NCBI GenBank assembly: GCA_951406725.2
Contig: OX597818.1
Location: forward strand, 128,464,001-128,528,000
Length of the DNA: 64,000 nucleotides
DNA from: Octopus vulgaris
Lineage: Eukaryota
Direction: 5' to 3'
The position numbers and the translations under genes are program-made. This document shows positions 39,139 through 54,289 of this stretch, one piece after another. The notes beneath the pieces are model-generated. The model was not told the origin of the DNA, did no database searches, and worked only from the letters and a program-made list of their open reading frames with translations. Every line of letters begins with the position of its first letter. The first letter of the stretch is position 1.

Positions 39139-41960
39139 TGTATGTATGTATGTATGTATGTATGTATGTATGTATGTTTGTATGTATGTATGTATGTACG
39201 TACGTTTGTATGTATGTATGTATGTATGTATGTATGTATGTATGTATAATATGAACTTCTTTCAGTTTCTCTCTACCAAATCCACTGACAAGGCTTTGGT
39301 TAGCCTGGGGCTGTGGTTAAAGACACTTCCCCTGGGTGTCAATTTGTGGGACTGAACCTGAAACCATGTGGGTGGGAAACAAACTTCTTAACTGCCCAGC
39401 CACGGCTGTGCCGGTACAATTAATATGTTTCCTAGTTTAACACTACCATATGGTATCTTGGGAGACTTTAGTAGAGCCCACTGTATTGTAAACATGCATT
39501 CCAGGTCTCCAGTTTGAGGATATCTTCCTTCCCCGTCCTTTCAAGCTGAAAGACCTGTAAAGTTTAATGCGCACTGCTTCCCTCCTGAGTAAAAGATGAA
39601 AAAAGTATGCAGTACTGATGACTCTTGCCATGTACATCTATCCTAGAATAAAAAAAAAACCTTCATTATAAATTGAAAGAATCTATTTTTAGCTATGCTA
39701 TATTATTTTTTAGCACCATTTCATCCTTGATCAAGCAGGTCTATGATTAAGAGTGTTCCAACACCATCATGTCTTTTTGTATATTTAAAACTATATTGAC
39801 CAATGAGACTTTTCCTTTTTATGAAAATGTTTGTGATTTGAGAGAGTTTGGCTGCTATTTCTAGCAGACCAAGCAACCACATAGAGGCTCCCTTGTTGGG
39901 TTATGGTTATACTAGATAAGAAAATTTGATACAGCTATTAGAATATAGAATGAGATACTTCACAGTTTGGTGTTTCCTGTTATTGTATTCGAATTCCACT
40001 GTAGCCAACAATTAGAGTGTACAGTTATGAGTACATTTTGTGCGGCAGGAAATCAAGATAATTTCTTTAAGAGATTCCTTGGTTCTTCTAAGCAGAATGG
40101 ATATTATATTTAAAGCAAAGGTAGTTGTAAGAGCAATTATTCTAACAGTACATAAGTGTTCAAATATTGAAAAACAATTATCTTATGATGCATTGCATGA
40201 AAAAATCTGGCAGCAAAACAGTAACAAAATAGCCAAAATAAAATTTCCTTATTAGATTAATCTCTCATATTAATACAAGTGTCAGACAAAATGGTTTGTC
40301 ATATTTATTCTGGTTCTTTATAATTCTGAGTTCAAATCCTGCTGAGGTTAGCTTCGAATTTGAACCTTCTGGGATCAATAGAATTACAGTGTATTTTGAG
40401 CCGGTGGCACGTAAACAGCACAATCTGAAGGTGGCCAATGCCAGCGCCGCCTAGACTGGCTTCCGTGCCGGTGGCACGTAAAAAGCACCATCCGAAATCG
40501 TGGCCGATGCCAGTGCCGCCTCGACTGGCTTCTGTGCCGGTGCCAATCCGATCGTGGCCGTTGCCAGCCTCACCTGGCACCAGTGCAGGTGGCACGTAAA
40601 AAGCACCCACTACACTCATGGAGTGGTTGGCATTAGGAAGGGCATCCAGCTGTAGAAACACTGCCAGATCAGACTGGAGCCTGGTGCTGCCTTCTGGCTT
40701 CCCAGATCCCCGGTCGAACCGTCCAACCCATGCTAGCATGGAGAACGGACGTTAAACGATGATGATGATGATGATGTTTCATGATCTTAACTTGCCCTTT
40801 TCTCTCTATGTTGCTGGCTTTGTACCTAAATCAGAAACTATTTAAAATGGCAAGCTTGCAGAATCATTAAAAGTAACAGAAAAAGTGCTCTGTAGTATTT
40901 ATTAAGGCTTTTTACATTCTGAATTCAAATTCCGCATCATTCCTGGGTGGATAAATTAACTGACACTGTCAGTTACAGCAAAGAGTGTTCCAGTCGATCC
41001 ATTCAATGGAACAGCCTGCTCAGGAAATTAATGTACAAGTGGCTGAGCATTCTACAGACATGCGTACCCTTCCGAGTGGACTGGAGCAATGAGAAATAGA
41101 GAGTCTTGCTCAAGGATACAATGTGCTGTTGGATATCAAACTCACAAGTTTACAATCATGAGCCAAATACCCTATCCACTAAGCCATGTGCTTTCACTTG
41201 GGTGGATAAAATAAAGTGCCAGTCAAATACTGAGGTCAATGGTATTTGAATAAACCCATTCCCTCAAATTTGCTGGCATTGTGCCTAAATCAGAAACCAT
41301 TATTACCATCATCGACATCACCATCATCATCATCATCATCATTATTATGGCTGAGCTGGCAGAAACACAAGTACGCTGGGCGTTCTGAGTTCAAATTCCG
41401 CCGAGGTCGACTTTGCCTTTCATCCTTTCGGGGTCGATAAATTAAGTACCAGTTACGCACTGGGGTCTACGTAATCCGTTTGTCTGTCCTTGTTTGTCCC
41501 CTCTGTGTGTAGCCCCTTGTGGGTAGTCAAGAAATATATACTGTCAAGTCACAGAAATTTGGTGCTCCTTAAGTTGAAAAAGTGTTTGTAATTTTTTGGC
41601 TTTCTAAGGCCCCGTCTTTTCATTTTTATTGTTACCATTATATTTCTGAGATTGTCTGGACTGCACAGATAGTATTTTTGTGTAGAAAAACACCCTGTTT
41701 TGCAGAGGGTTTGCGTCAATAATTTTTAAAATTCAACTGCTTTCGCCAAAAACAAATATTTTGCAATTTTCTGTAATTATTTAAAGATGGCTGATAAAGA
41801 AGCCCTCATAATGTTCGACAAAGGAATGCACTCCTTGTTGAGAAAAATTGCCTTTCATCCTTTCCGGGTCGATAAATTAGGTACCAGTTGTGCACTGGGG
41901 TTGATCTAATCGACTGGCCCTTCCCCCCAGATTTCAGTCCTTGTGCCTAGAGAAGAAAAG

Positions 41961-41996
<36 letters not shown>

Positions 41997-42020
41997 GTTA
42001 TTATTATTATTGTTATTATT

Positions 42021-42893
<873 letters not shown>

Positions 42894-43446
42894 GAGTGAG
42901 CGAGCAGAGCATGCCATCAAAGTGACACTGGGGTAAAATATACGAAGCCCAGTATACCCATCATGACTACCCGTCTGATAAGGGTACACCAGGCACATGC
43001 ATCACAACCATATGTGCGCGACATGGTGATCTCATATCAAGATAAACAGCACATGACCTTGCAGGTGGAGCCCAGTTAGAATTTTCTTCAGATCGAGTAA
43101 CCCATCCCGCTCAAAAGGTCCCTGAATAAGGGTTGTTTAAGGACGTTGAACGAAACACCCATGTTTCCAGAGGTGAGTTATTCAAACCCCAAAGAATCCT
43201 TCTCAACACATGGCTATGATGCTCCCCCACTACTTCTGCTCGTGATCAGAGATGCACATATCGTCAGCCACTAAGGGACATGCTCAACTGGTTAAGGTCA
43301 AACAACTGACAAGCAAATCTGTGGTATTGAGCAGAATATTTGCTGTAGCCCATCTTTTATACCAAGACAAAACAATGTACATGATAACACTTCCAATCAG
43401 TTAAGATCAGAAGCCATGAGAGCCACAGCCTGGTACTGCATCAGGG

Positions 43447-43450
<4 letters not shown>
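42894..43450. mobile_element. (TAA)n-embedded non-coding element, second copy
   Basis: Homologous to 27558-28066. Confidence 0.8.
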
Positions 43451-43500
<50 letters not shown>

Positions 43501-43562
43501 GTTGTTGTTATTATTATTATTATTATGTTGTTGTTATTATTATTATTATTATTATTATGTTG

Positions 43563-43620
<58 letters not shown>

Positions 43621-43898
43621 CATCATTATTATTATTGTCATCATTATCGTCGTCGTCATCATCATCATCATCATCAGTAGTAGTAGTAGCAGTAGTAGTA
43701 GTATTAGTAGCAGTAGTAGTAGTGGTGGTGGTGGTTTCTGCTATTAAATGTTTCTTGCAAGTCGGCTTTCTGAGGTATGTGCAACATTGTTTTTTTAGGC
43801 CTGTCAAGTAGTGTTTGTATGTAACATCAAATTTGTTGCGTTATGGAGTCCGTGTCAATGTTCTTGGTTTTCATTTTAATGTTTCATTTGTTTGTTGT

Positions 43899-43940
<42 letters not shown>

Positions 43941-44316
43941 TGTGTTGATTTGTATTTTTATAGGGTGCTGAGTGTGTAGAATTGCAGGTTATGTTATATT
44001 ACTGGGTGTTGATTGTATTACAAATATGCTCTGCAGGTCATATTACAGGGCGTGATAGTTGGTAGTGACAAAAGTATAGTGTGTGAGTTGATAAATTGTG
44101 CTACTGAACTGAAAGTGTCTTACATACAATGTCTGCTGTGTGCCTAATAGATATATATATATATGTGTGTGTATGTATATGTACATGTATATGTGTGTGC
44201 ATATATATATGAGGAATAAGTCAATATATACGAAGGGAAGTCATATATATGAGAGGAAGTCACTTTCACCATAACATATCTTTATTAGTCTCACACTTCC
44301 TTCTGTGTATGCATAT

Positions 44317-44626
44317 CACCGTGACCACTGTGACTGACCAGGCTATTAGATGCTGCTACACATCGCTGGTAACAATGCGCTTCGCATTGTTTTAGCCTTC
44401 AAATGACGCCACCCCACTGGCTAAGCAAGCAGGCCAACAGAAGAAAGAGTGAGAAAAAGTTGTGGCGAAAGAGTACAGCAGGGATCGCCACCACCCCCTG
44501 CTGGAGCCACGTGGTGCTTTAGGTGTTTTCGCTCAATAAACACTCACAACGCCCGTTCTGGGAATTGAAACCGCGATACTACAACCGCGAGTCCTCTACC
44601 CTAACCGCTGGGCCATTGCGCCTCCA
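44317..44626 (-). mobile_element. SINE with family-A head and body and a third type of 3' tail
   Basis: 13-bp TSD tgtgtatgcatat at 44304-44316 and 44627-44639; tail ends ggtcagtcacagtggtcacggtgat. Confidence 0.85.
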
Positions 44627-44696
44627 TGTGTATGCATATAGTTGGTAATATTGTGGTCACATGATCGAAGTTTGAGCCTGGTCATGCCATTTTTCT

Positions 44697-45082
44697 TTCT
44701 GGCTTTACAGTATAAGCATGGCCACTCCACTATCAATGTGCCCTCAAAAAGAGCAAAGAGCAGTAGTCTGAAAGATGGTAATGGTGAACCAGTTCGCCTT
44801 TACTATCTCTCGAGCTTGCTGAATCTTCTCATCAGCGTTGGAGGTTGACGGGCGTCCTGCTCCCTCTTTGTGCATCGTGCTTGTCCAGCTACTTTTAAAC
44901 TTTTCGATCCACTCATGCACACTTCTACGCGGTAGTGTACTGTTCCTGTATTGTACTAAAAGCCTCCGATGAATTTCAACACCTGACACACCTTCCAACC
45001 AGAGAAATCATATCACTGCTCTCTGTTCTTCTTTGGTGCACATTGCTGGTGGAGCGACCATGCTTATACTGTAAAGCCAGAA
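44697..45082 (-). pseudogene. Mariner transposase N-terminal fragment bounded by ~68-bp inverted arms
   Basis: [39 protein letters not shown] (HTH region); 44697-44764 pairs with 45015-45082. Confidence 0.8.
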
Positions 45083-45083
45083 T

Positions 45084-45168
<85 letters not shown>

Positions 45169-45559
45169 CATATACATATATATATATATATATATATCAT
45201 CATCATCATCATTTAGCGTCTGCTTTCCATGCTAGCATGGGTTGGACGGGTCAACTGGGGTCTGTGATGCTGGAAGGCTTCGTCAGGCCCAGTCAGATCT
45301 GGCAGTGTTTCTACGGCTGGATGCCCTTCCTAACGCCAACCACTCCGCGAGTGTAGTGGGTGTTTTTTACGTGCCACCTGCACAGGTGCCAGACAGAGCT
45401 GGCGAACGGCCACGAACGGATGATGCTTTTACGTGTCACCGGCACGGGGCCAGGCGATGCTGGCAACGGACACGAACGGATGGTACTTTTACGTGCCACC
45501 GACACGGGGCCAGACAGAGCTGGCAAACAGCCACGAACGGACGGTGCTTTTACGTGTCA

Positions 45560-46055
45560 TCGGATATCCTTATTCATAGTGCAAGTTTTGAAGAGTGCAT
45601 TTCGATTTTAACAGCTATTTTTTTCAAAGCTATGTTGGAAGTAACAAAGGAGCATATTTGGCATATTTTGCTTTATGAGTTCAATAAAGACAACAACGCA
45701 ACGGAAAGTACAAGAAATATTAATGCAGTATATGGGGATTGGACAATAAGCGTAAGGCAGTGTCAATGGTGGTTCCAGAAATTCCGAGCCATAAACTACA
45801 GCCTAGAAGACGAGCCTCATCCTGAAAGATCTGTAGAACTCGACAAGGACATCCTGAAAACCCTGGTGGAACAAAATCTCATCGTAACTGTTGAGGAACT
45901 AGCAGAGAAGTTTGGATTTGGTCATTCAACCATTCATTGAGACCTGTGTGCTATCGGAAAAGTCAGCAAATTGGGTCAATGGGTTCCTCACGAACTTTCC
46001 GAGTCTAATTGCATGCAGAGAGTGAATGTATGCTTTTCTTTGCTGTCACATCTCA
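45560..46055 (+). pseudogene. Mariner transposase N-terminal fragment
   Basis: MLEVTKEHIWHILLYEF..INAVYGD..CQWWFQKFR..SLEDEP..STIH*..GKVSKLGQWVPHEL. Confidence 0.88.
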
Positions 46056-46075
46056 CCACTACTGCGCTATGTATA

Positions 46076-46709
46076 TCTATATATATAAAACTGTAGTTGT
46101 GTGAGTGTCTGTCCCTTTCGATTTAGATTCCTAACTACTCCCACATTTTGCGGTGCAGTTTAACCAAATTCGGGTAGCTTATAGTCGTGATTCATATCGA
46201 GCCCGTCTGAGTATTAACGCGCGTCTACGATGAGTCTACGATTTTAAAAATAATTTAACATCATTTTTTATTCCATTTTAATGCATAATTTTTCGTGTGT
46301 CGATGGCGGTGGAGTTGGCGTCCACGCTCACACCTGCACCTGTGGGGAAGGGGGTGTAAGGAAATCAACGTCGTAATGCGTTGTCAAGGAGACCAGCGTT
46401 CTTTTAGAACAACGACTTCATGGCTTGAAGACACCAAAACAGAAATGGCTAAGAAAGCGTCTACATGAGTCTACGATTTAAAAAAAAATTTACCATCGTT
46501 TTTTTCCATTTTAATGCATTTTTCGCTATTATATAAGGGAAGTAACTCTCTAAAAATGTCTACGATGAGTCAACGATTTAAAAAAAAATTTACCATCATA
46601 TTTTTTCCATTTTTAATGCATTTTTTGCTATTTTTTGGCTATAACTCTCTAAAAATGCTTATATAGTTATTTCATTACAAACCCGAGCAACGCCGGGCGA
46701 TACTGCTAG
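46076..46709 (+). mobile_element. Non-autonomous Helitron, long subfamily with extra GC-richer insert
   Basis: A|TC ... cccgagcaacgccggg .. CTAG|T; segment ~46290-46458 is absent from the other intact copies. Confidence 0.88.
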
Positions 46710-47049
46710 TATATATATATATATATATATTTCAGAATGGTCATATTGCCAGTTTAGCCAATATATACACATATACATACATATATATATATATGTATAT
46801 ACATATATTTATATATGTGTGTGTGTGTATGCATGCACTGTTATATTTAGTGCCTGTTGTTACTCCATACCATTACATTACATTTTTATCCAGGAATTTG
46901 GATATACATTGATCTTCTGCACAGCTTAACCAGTTGAAGTAAAAGTCAAAGTATCACATAAGGTGTGACAACCACTGATACTTTGTCTGTTGCTCTGAAA
47001 TATCTTACTCTGTATGTAGAGCAAGATTAATTCTGTTTTACTGTTCCTT

Positions 47050-47390
47050 ATTGCATTATTCCTCAGCTAAACACGAATTGCACCGTTTTGAATTGTTACT
47101 GGTATGGTTCTCTCCAAGATAGAACCATGCGATAATCATGGACACACATTTTTTTCACCAGATGTCCTTCAAGAAGCACATACTGTTTTTCTTTGTGATA
47201 AGATTTCAAAATGCTCATGTGCTCATATAATTTGCTCTTAAATGGGTTTTCTATTAAGTTTATGTAAGACAATGCCACCGTTTTCTTTCAGTTGTAGTCA
47301 TCTGATACTTGATGCAATTTTTTATGCACCGGTTATCTACAGAACATAACTTAATATCTTGACAATCGTCTTTACCTGCTCTTTGGTTCG
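47050..47390 (-). pseudogene. Decayed PLE GIY-YIG fragment
   Basis: CSVDNRCIKNCIKYQ..SYINLIENPFKSKLYEH..KEKQ..W.EPY, same layout as 24600-24960. Confidence 0.6.
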
Positions 47391-47403
47391 TTAGGCATAT
47401 ATT

Positions 47404-48579
47404 GTATGTATGTATGTATGTATGTATGTATGTATGTATGTATGTATGTATGTATGTATGTATGTATGTATGTATGTATGTATGTATGTATGCACGTATG
47501 TATGTATGTATTCATGTATGTATGTATGTATGTATGTATGTATGTATGTATGTATGTATGTATGAATGTATGTATGCACGTATGTATGTATGTATTCATG
47601 TATGTATGTATGTATGTATGTATGATGTATGTATGTATGCACGTATGTATATATGTATTCATGTATGTATGTATGTATGTATGTATGTATGTATGTATGT
47701 ATGTATGTATGAATGTATGTATGCACGTATGTATATATCTATTCATGTATGTATGTATGTATGTATGTATGAATGAATGTATGTATGCACGTATGTATAT
47801 ATGTATTCATGTATGTATGTATGTATGTATGTATGTATGTATGTATGTATGTATGTATGTATGAATGTATGTATGCAAATATGTATATATGTATTCATGT
47901 ATGTATGTATGTATGTATGTATGTATGTATGTATGTATGTATGTATGTATGAATGTATGTATGCAAATATGTATATATGTATTCATGTATGTATGTATGT
48001 ATGTATGTATGTATGTATGTATGAATGTATGTATGCACGTATGTATATATGTATTCATGTATGTATGTATGTATGTATGTATGTATGTATGTATGTATGT
48101 ATGAATGTATGTATGCAAATATGTATATATGTATTCATGTATGTATGTATGTATGTATGTATGTATGTATGTATGTATGAATGTATGTATGCACGTATGT
48201 ATATATATATTCATGTATGTATGTATGTATGTATGTATGTATGTATATATATATTCATGTATGTATGTATGTATGTATGTATGTATGTATGTATGTATGT
48301 ATGTATGTATGTATGTATGTATGTATGTATGTATGCACGTATGTATATATGTATTCATGTATGTATGTATGTATGTATGTATGTATGTATGTATGTATGT
48401 ATGAATGTATGTATGCACGTATGTATATATGTATTCATGTATGTATGTATGTATGTATGTATGTATGTATGTATGTATGTATGTATGTATGTATGTATGT
48501 ATGTATGTATGTATGTATGTATGTATGTATGTATGTATGCACGTATGTATATATGTATTCATGTATGTATGTATGTATG

Positions 48580-48607
<28 letters not shown>
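47404..48607. repeat. 1.2-kb (TATG)n with ~65-85-bp higher-order unit
   Basis: Recurring punctuation gaatgtatgtatgca(cg/aa)tatgtatatatgtattcatg. Confidence 0.95.
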
Positions 48608-48611
<4 letters not shown>

Positions 48612-49937
48612 CCTAAATAAAACACTTTTTTTTTTTTGCTTTTTGCCAAATTGCATTTTATCATAGATTTTGCTGTACTTTGAAATAATTTTAAATTGCT
48701 GTAACTCTTGAATGCATTATTCAATATACATAATTTTTTCACCTAGTAAAATATGTTGCCAAGCTATTTAAAGAGAGAGTAGTGTTGTATATGCCCCATG
48801 TATTAGAATTTTTGGCATGTTATACAGATTTTAACTTTTAATACTTACTCTTAAAATTGCAGGAGAAATAGCTTTTAAACATTTTACTACAGAAATCATA
48901 TATATCCATGCAAAAATTCATTACCCTTAACAGCAGAAAGCAGTTTTATAAACTAATCTAACTTTAGTTGAGGAATGTCATATTTGGTTTGAAAATATTT
49001 TTTTGCTGAGACATGTTAAATTTATTGAGGCAACGTGACTTGCAGAAAATACCAAATCTTTTTGTAGATATTTAGCATCATTACTAGGATAACCATAAAA
49101 TTTAATTTCTCAGTTAAAGAGTTAACACTGTTCTTTTTAAATAATTTGTGAAGTTTGCTGTCAATATGGTAGTGTTAGTGTTTGTCTGTTAAGGTGGTGA
49201 GTTGTTTTGCTATACAGGTTATAGCATTCAGCTTAAACAATTGATTTTTATTAATTCTTTTCATAAATTTTAAAATTCAATATTGATACGCAGCATATGT
49301 GTAAGGGAACTAAAAGTTCATACCTGATAGAAATCAAACCACATTTCTAGCACGCTGATATCATTCAATGGTCATAAAACCGCTTTGCAATTTTTATCAC
49401 TATGATCAGATGAGTGTTAGATACCCAGGACAGTCACATGCCTTTCATGTTAATAATTTTGTTGTTGCTGTTGTTGTTTAGCCCCAGGTTAGATTTGATC
49501 AAGTATCTTATTGATCTATCCAGGACCATATGTTTATTTCTGATATATATAAGGCTATAATATATTATCCAATATGTTTGCTATTTTTTTTTTAAACAGA
49601 AGGTTGTGATCTACAAGAGAAGGAGAGGGAAAGAAAGAGAAAGATGGAGGAGACAGACAGTTGTACACACACACACATACACATACACACCAACACATAT
49701 GCGTGCGCACACAGACACACAGAAAGAGAAAATGAAGGAGAGATTCAACTACTATTTCTAGTAGGTTGAGAGACCACATAGAAGCTTTCTCTGTCTCTGG
49801 TGTTGTTTACAACTGTAAATTCTTTATGATCGATGCTGTTTTGTTATTGTATGACTCTGAAAGTAACCAAATCATTAAACTCATTTCTAGTAAAAAATTA
49901 TTCTTTAACAATCTATATCTTTTATCTTTTTTTTTTA

Positions 49938-50496
49938 TCTTTTACTTGTTTCAGTCATTTGGCTGCAGCCATGCTGGGGCACTGCCTTGAAGAATTTTTA
50001 GTCGAATGAATCAAGTCCAGTACTTATTTTTTAAACTTGGTGCTTATTCTATTGGTCTCTTTTGCTGAACCACTAAGTTATAGGGACGTAAACACACCAA
50101 CATCACTTGTCAAGTGGTGGTGGGGGACAAACACAGACACAAAGACACACACACATGATGGGCTTCTTTCAGTTTCCGTCTATCAAATCCACTCACAAGG
50201 CTTTGGTTGGCCTGGGACTATAGCAGAAGACACTTGCCCAAGGTGCTACACAGTGGGACTGAAACCTGAACCATGTGGCTGGTAAACAAGCTTCTTACCA
50301 CACAACCACACCTGCACCTATACTCTTTTACTTGTTTCAGTCATTTGAATGTGGCCATGCTGGAACACCACCTTTGGTCGAGCAAATTGACCCCAGGACT
50401 TATTCTATCGATCTCTTTTGCTGAACTGCTAAGTTACAGGGACGTAAACACGCCAGCATCGGTTGTCAAGTGATGTTGGGAGGACAAACACACAGA

Positions 50497-50550
<54 letters not shown>

Positions 50551-50720
50551 TACATACAACGGGCTTCTTTCAGTTTCAGTCTACCAAATCCACTCACAAG
50601 GCTTCGGTCAGCCTGAGGCTATAGTAGAAGACACTTGCCCAAGGTGCAACGCAGTGGGACTGAACCCGGAACCATGTGGTTTGTAAGCAAGCTACTTGCC
50701 ACACAGCCACTCCTACGCCT
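49938..50720 (-). mobile_element. Two head-to-tail SINE-B copies
   Basis: Copies at ~49938-50320 and ~50322-50720, diverged from each other. Confidence 0.85.
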
Positions 50721-50885
50721 ATATTCAGCAATTAAATAAAAATGCTTTATGGAGTAATCTAGGATTCAACGAATATTTATTATATACTACCTCACAGACA
50801 ACCAAAGAGAGTTGCATGTTTGGTTTAAAATCATTCATACTACATCGATATCCTGGGTCTACAATTCATTTGATTTTAGATATTA

Positions 50886-51282
50886 CTAGCAGTATCGCCC
50901 GGCATTGCTCGGGTTTGTAAGGGAAATAACTATATAAGCATTTATAGAGAGTTACTTCCCTTATATAAACCGAGCGAAAATGCATTAAAAATGCGGAAAA
51001 ATTATGGTAAATTTTTTTTTAAATTGTAGACTCATCATAGACGCGAGTTACTTCCCTTATATAATAGCAAAAAAAATGCATTAAAAATGGGAAAAAATGA
51101 TGGTAAATGTTTTTAAAAATCGTAGACTCAATCGTAGACGCGCGCTAATACCCAAAAGGGCTCGATATGAATCACAACTATAAGATACCCGGTTTTGGTT
51201 AAACTGCACCGCAAAATGTGGGAGTAGTTAGGAATCTAAATCGTAGGAGACAGCCACACAACTTCACTTTTATATATAAAGA
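50886..51282 (-). mobile_element. Non-autonomous Helitron
   Basis: Reverse complement of the TC...hairpin-CTAG family. Confidence 0.88.
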
Positions 51283-52399
51283 TTAATGTTTTTTTTTTAT
51301 TGCAATAGCTAACTTCTAATGTTCACCATTTAAAGATCTGATTATAGCAGCGCTGTGCCTCAAAATCTTTGTTTGGAAGTTACTTTAACTGTACCATACC
51401 CAGCAGTGGAAGGTAAGTGTTATGTTGGTACAGCACAGGACTGGCTTACACATAGATTTTTGTAAGCATTTTTCATCTTCCAATCAAATTAAACAGAGAG
51501 AAACCATAGCATTAGTAGATCATAGATGGTCTTTGAAAGACCGTAAGATCAAGTATAATATCAAATGGAGAATGTTCAAGAAGCCAAAAGAAAATGCTGA
51601 AGGTGCAAATTTTAAATAACCTTAAAGATTCTAATACCTGTCTCAAAATCAAAAGTGAAATTTTTATAAGATGCCTTCACAGGAGTAATACATGCTAGTC
51701 AAGTGAAAAGTTTAGCCTTTGGATTGAAAACTACTTTCAGGAACAATTTTGCTGTATCAAACACCTTTCCATAAATTCCGTCTTCACTTGCCCTTTCTTT
51801 CTCTCTCTCTCTTTTTTTACCCTGAATATATTGCCTACTTTTCTGCAATATTTTTCTTCTTTTTCTTCTTTTCTCTTCTATTTTATTTTTAACACTTTGA
51901 GTCCCCTCATTTTCTGCCCTATAATGTCATTCTAAAAATAGACAGTCCTATCTTTGAAATCTCAAAGCTATGTGATAATGCTTGATTAATTCAAAACAAT
52001 ATGAATACGTTGCTGGTTGCTTGTCACATGTGTTGGGCTGGTTAATGAAGATAGATATTCTTGGCTGCATGAGCGATAACCAAAAAGGGCTTGCAAACAT
52101 TTAACTGAATATTTATTGCCATACATAACGATATTGATGTTGGTTATTTACAATGAACATAAATATTTGCTGACTGGGAGAGAGAGAGAGAGAGATAAAC
52201 TGTGTTGTGTCATTAGAAGTCACTTCTGAGACTTTGTGTGAATGTTCGATTTGCTGTCTGAGAACCTGGAGTTAATCATCATCATCATCATCATTATTTA
52301 ACATCCGTTTTCCATGCTGGCATGGGTTGGACTGTTTGATAGGAGCTGACCAACTGACAGGCTGCCAAGTCTCCGTGTCTGTTTCGGCATGGTTTTAAG

Positions 52400-53410
52400 G
52401 GCAGCAAATTTCTGCAGTTCTCTTTCTGTCTTCTTGTTTTTCTCTGTTTTTTTTGAGCTGCAAAAAGTAAACATTTTTTTCTGTGTATTTGGAGAAAAGT
52501 AAGACTGAATATATCCAGAATACAAAGCATTGATATGAAAAATGGACAGTGCTTCTACTGCAGAAATTTGCAACTTTCTTGACATAAGGCATATCTACAG
52601 TAAGCTGTGAAAAATAATTGGAGTGTTTGATGCCTCTTCCAAGTTACATTGTAACCAGCCAGTATTTCTTCAATTGTAATTTTTACTGTTCTCCAACCTA
52701 GGTAGGTCAAAAGCAAAATAACCTCATTGTTTTTCAGGGTTTTCATGGATATCTCCTTTGCTGTCTCTGCATTTTCAAATTGTGCCTCAACTGTGGCACT
52801 TCTTGCTCCACTACCAACATAAGTAATTTTTCCCCAAATTGGCACAAGACACTTTTCCACCACCTCGTTCTTCGCTGTCATAATTCTCTTTTCTTTCTTG
52901 TCATAAATTTTATAAACCACCATTCTGGCAGTTTCTGTAAAGTTTCCTGAGGGGGCAACAGTTTCATCTCATTGCCTCTTTTTTAAATTAAATTTCTGAA
53001 TTTGAATAGTTGCTCCTTTGTTACATCCAATTCACAAGAGTCACCAACAGCAACAGAGAAACTAGGTTTTTCCTTATCTTCCTTATTATTAACTTTGTTA
53101 TTTCCTTCCATTACCAGGAAGTCCACTTCAGATTAAATTCCATTTTTACAAATGGCCTCCATCACAAATTCGAAAATAATAAATAATTTTTGTGACAAAA
53201 AAGTGACAAAAAATTAATATTTTACTGTGCAATGGATACACAAAAACAATTTTCTGCCCTGTAGGGAAATTTTTCATCAACACCATGACAACAGTTCAAA
53301 TTTCACAGGTGTTTACACATAGTAATATCAATAAAGGAAGTAACAAAAATACATCAACCAAAATCAACTCACAAAGCAGCAGCAGCTGAACGCAGATGTG
53401 ACATCCACCA
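52400..53410 (-). pseudogene. Decayed L1/Tx1-like ORF1 (RRM-like) region
   Basis: VVYKIYD..ITYVGSG..TVEAQFENAETAKE..LLLTYLGWRTVKITI, similar in layout to 55845-56355. Confidence 0.5.
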
Positions 53411-53513
53411 TTTTTCTTTATTATGATAATAAATATCTATTACAAAGGACAATACAGGACGTTACAAAAATATAAATGTGCTAAGTGAGCTTATATTTAA
53501 AAATTTGATGAAT

Positions 53514-53850
53514 TGGCATCTTGGGCAAGTGTCTTCTGCTATAGCCCCAGGCCAACCAATGCCTTGTGAGTGGATTTGGTAGACGGAAACTGAAAGAAGC
53601 CTGTCGTATATATGTATATATATATGTGTGTGTGTGTGTGTTTGTGTGTCTGTGTTTGTCCCCCTAGCATTGCTTGACAACCGATGCTGGTGTGTTTACG
53701 TCCCCGTTACTTAGCGGTTCGGCAAAAAGAGATCGATAGAATAAGTACTGGGCTTACAAAGAATAAGTCCCGGGGTCGATTTGCTTGACTAAAGGCGGTG
53801 CTCCAGCATGGCCACAGTCAAATGACTGAAACAAGTAAAAGAAAAAGAAA
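53514..53850 (+). mobile_element. SINE family B, 5'-truncated
   Basis: Family sequence. Confidence 0.85.
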
Positions 53851-53869
53851 AGAAAAAAAATATAAATCA

Positions 53870-54289
53870 AAACTCTTCGTAAACTTATTTTCACAAAATA
53901 TGGCTGGAATGCCAGTGACTTCACCTCGCTTCTACCATGGATGGAATTAAGTAAGGACAGTCACTCCCAACTTCCACACGACATCCTTCCATCTTTTCTC
54001 ATATGTACTTCGCGGCAGGTGTCTCCTCTCCAGCCCTATCTTGCTCTTCAGGTGGTACCTGAAGTAGAATAGCAAACCAGTGCCGGAGATGAAGGATCCT
54101 GTCACTATTCCTTACATTCTGGGTCTCCGAGGTGAAGCCACTGGTGTAGCCGCTGGGCAAACCATAAGTCTTTTGTTGGCCATCTCTTGGCTAACATCTT
54201 GTATGTCCTGCGGGTATCTCGCTTTAGATTGTTCGAATAGGTCTGCTTCTATCCTTGCCAACCATACATTCGGTGGCATACCTTGTATT
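53870..54289 (-). pseudogene. Tx1-like LINE ORF2 C-terminus and 3' end
   Basis: GLLFYFRYHLKSKIGLERRHLPRSTYEKRW. Confidence 0.55.

Noticed and set aside
39443-39642. Minus-strand exon after strong acceptor ttttttttttattctag
   Set aside because: Stops in all frames from the acceptor, weak donors, and no recognisable peptide
45242-45940. 232-aa ORF as a novel fusion protein
   Set aside because: Chance in-frame join of antisense SINE D and a stop-truncated mariner fragment
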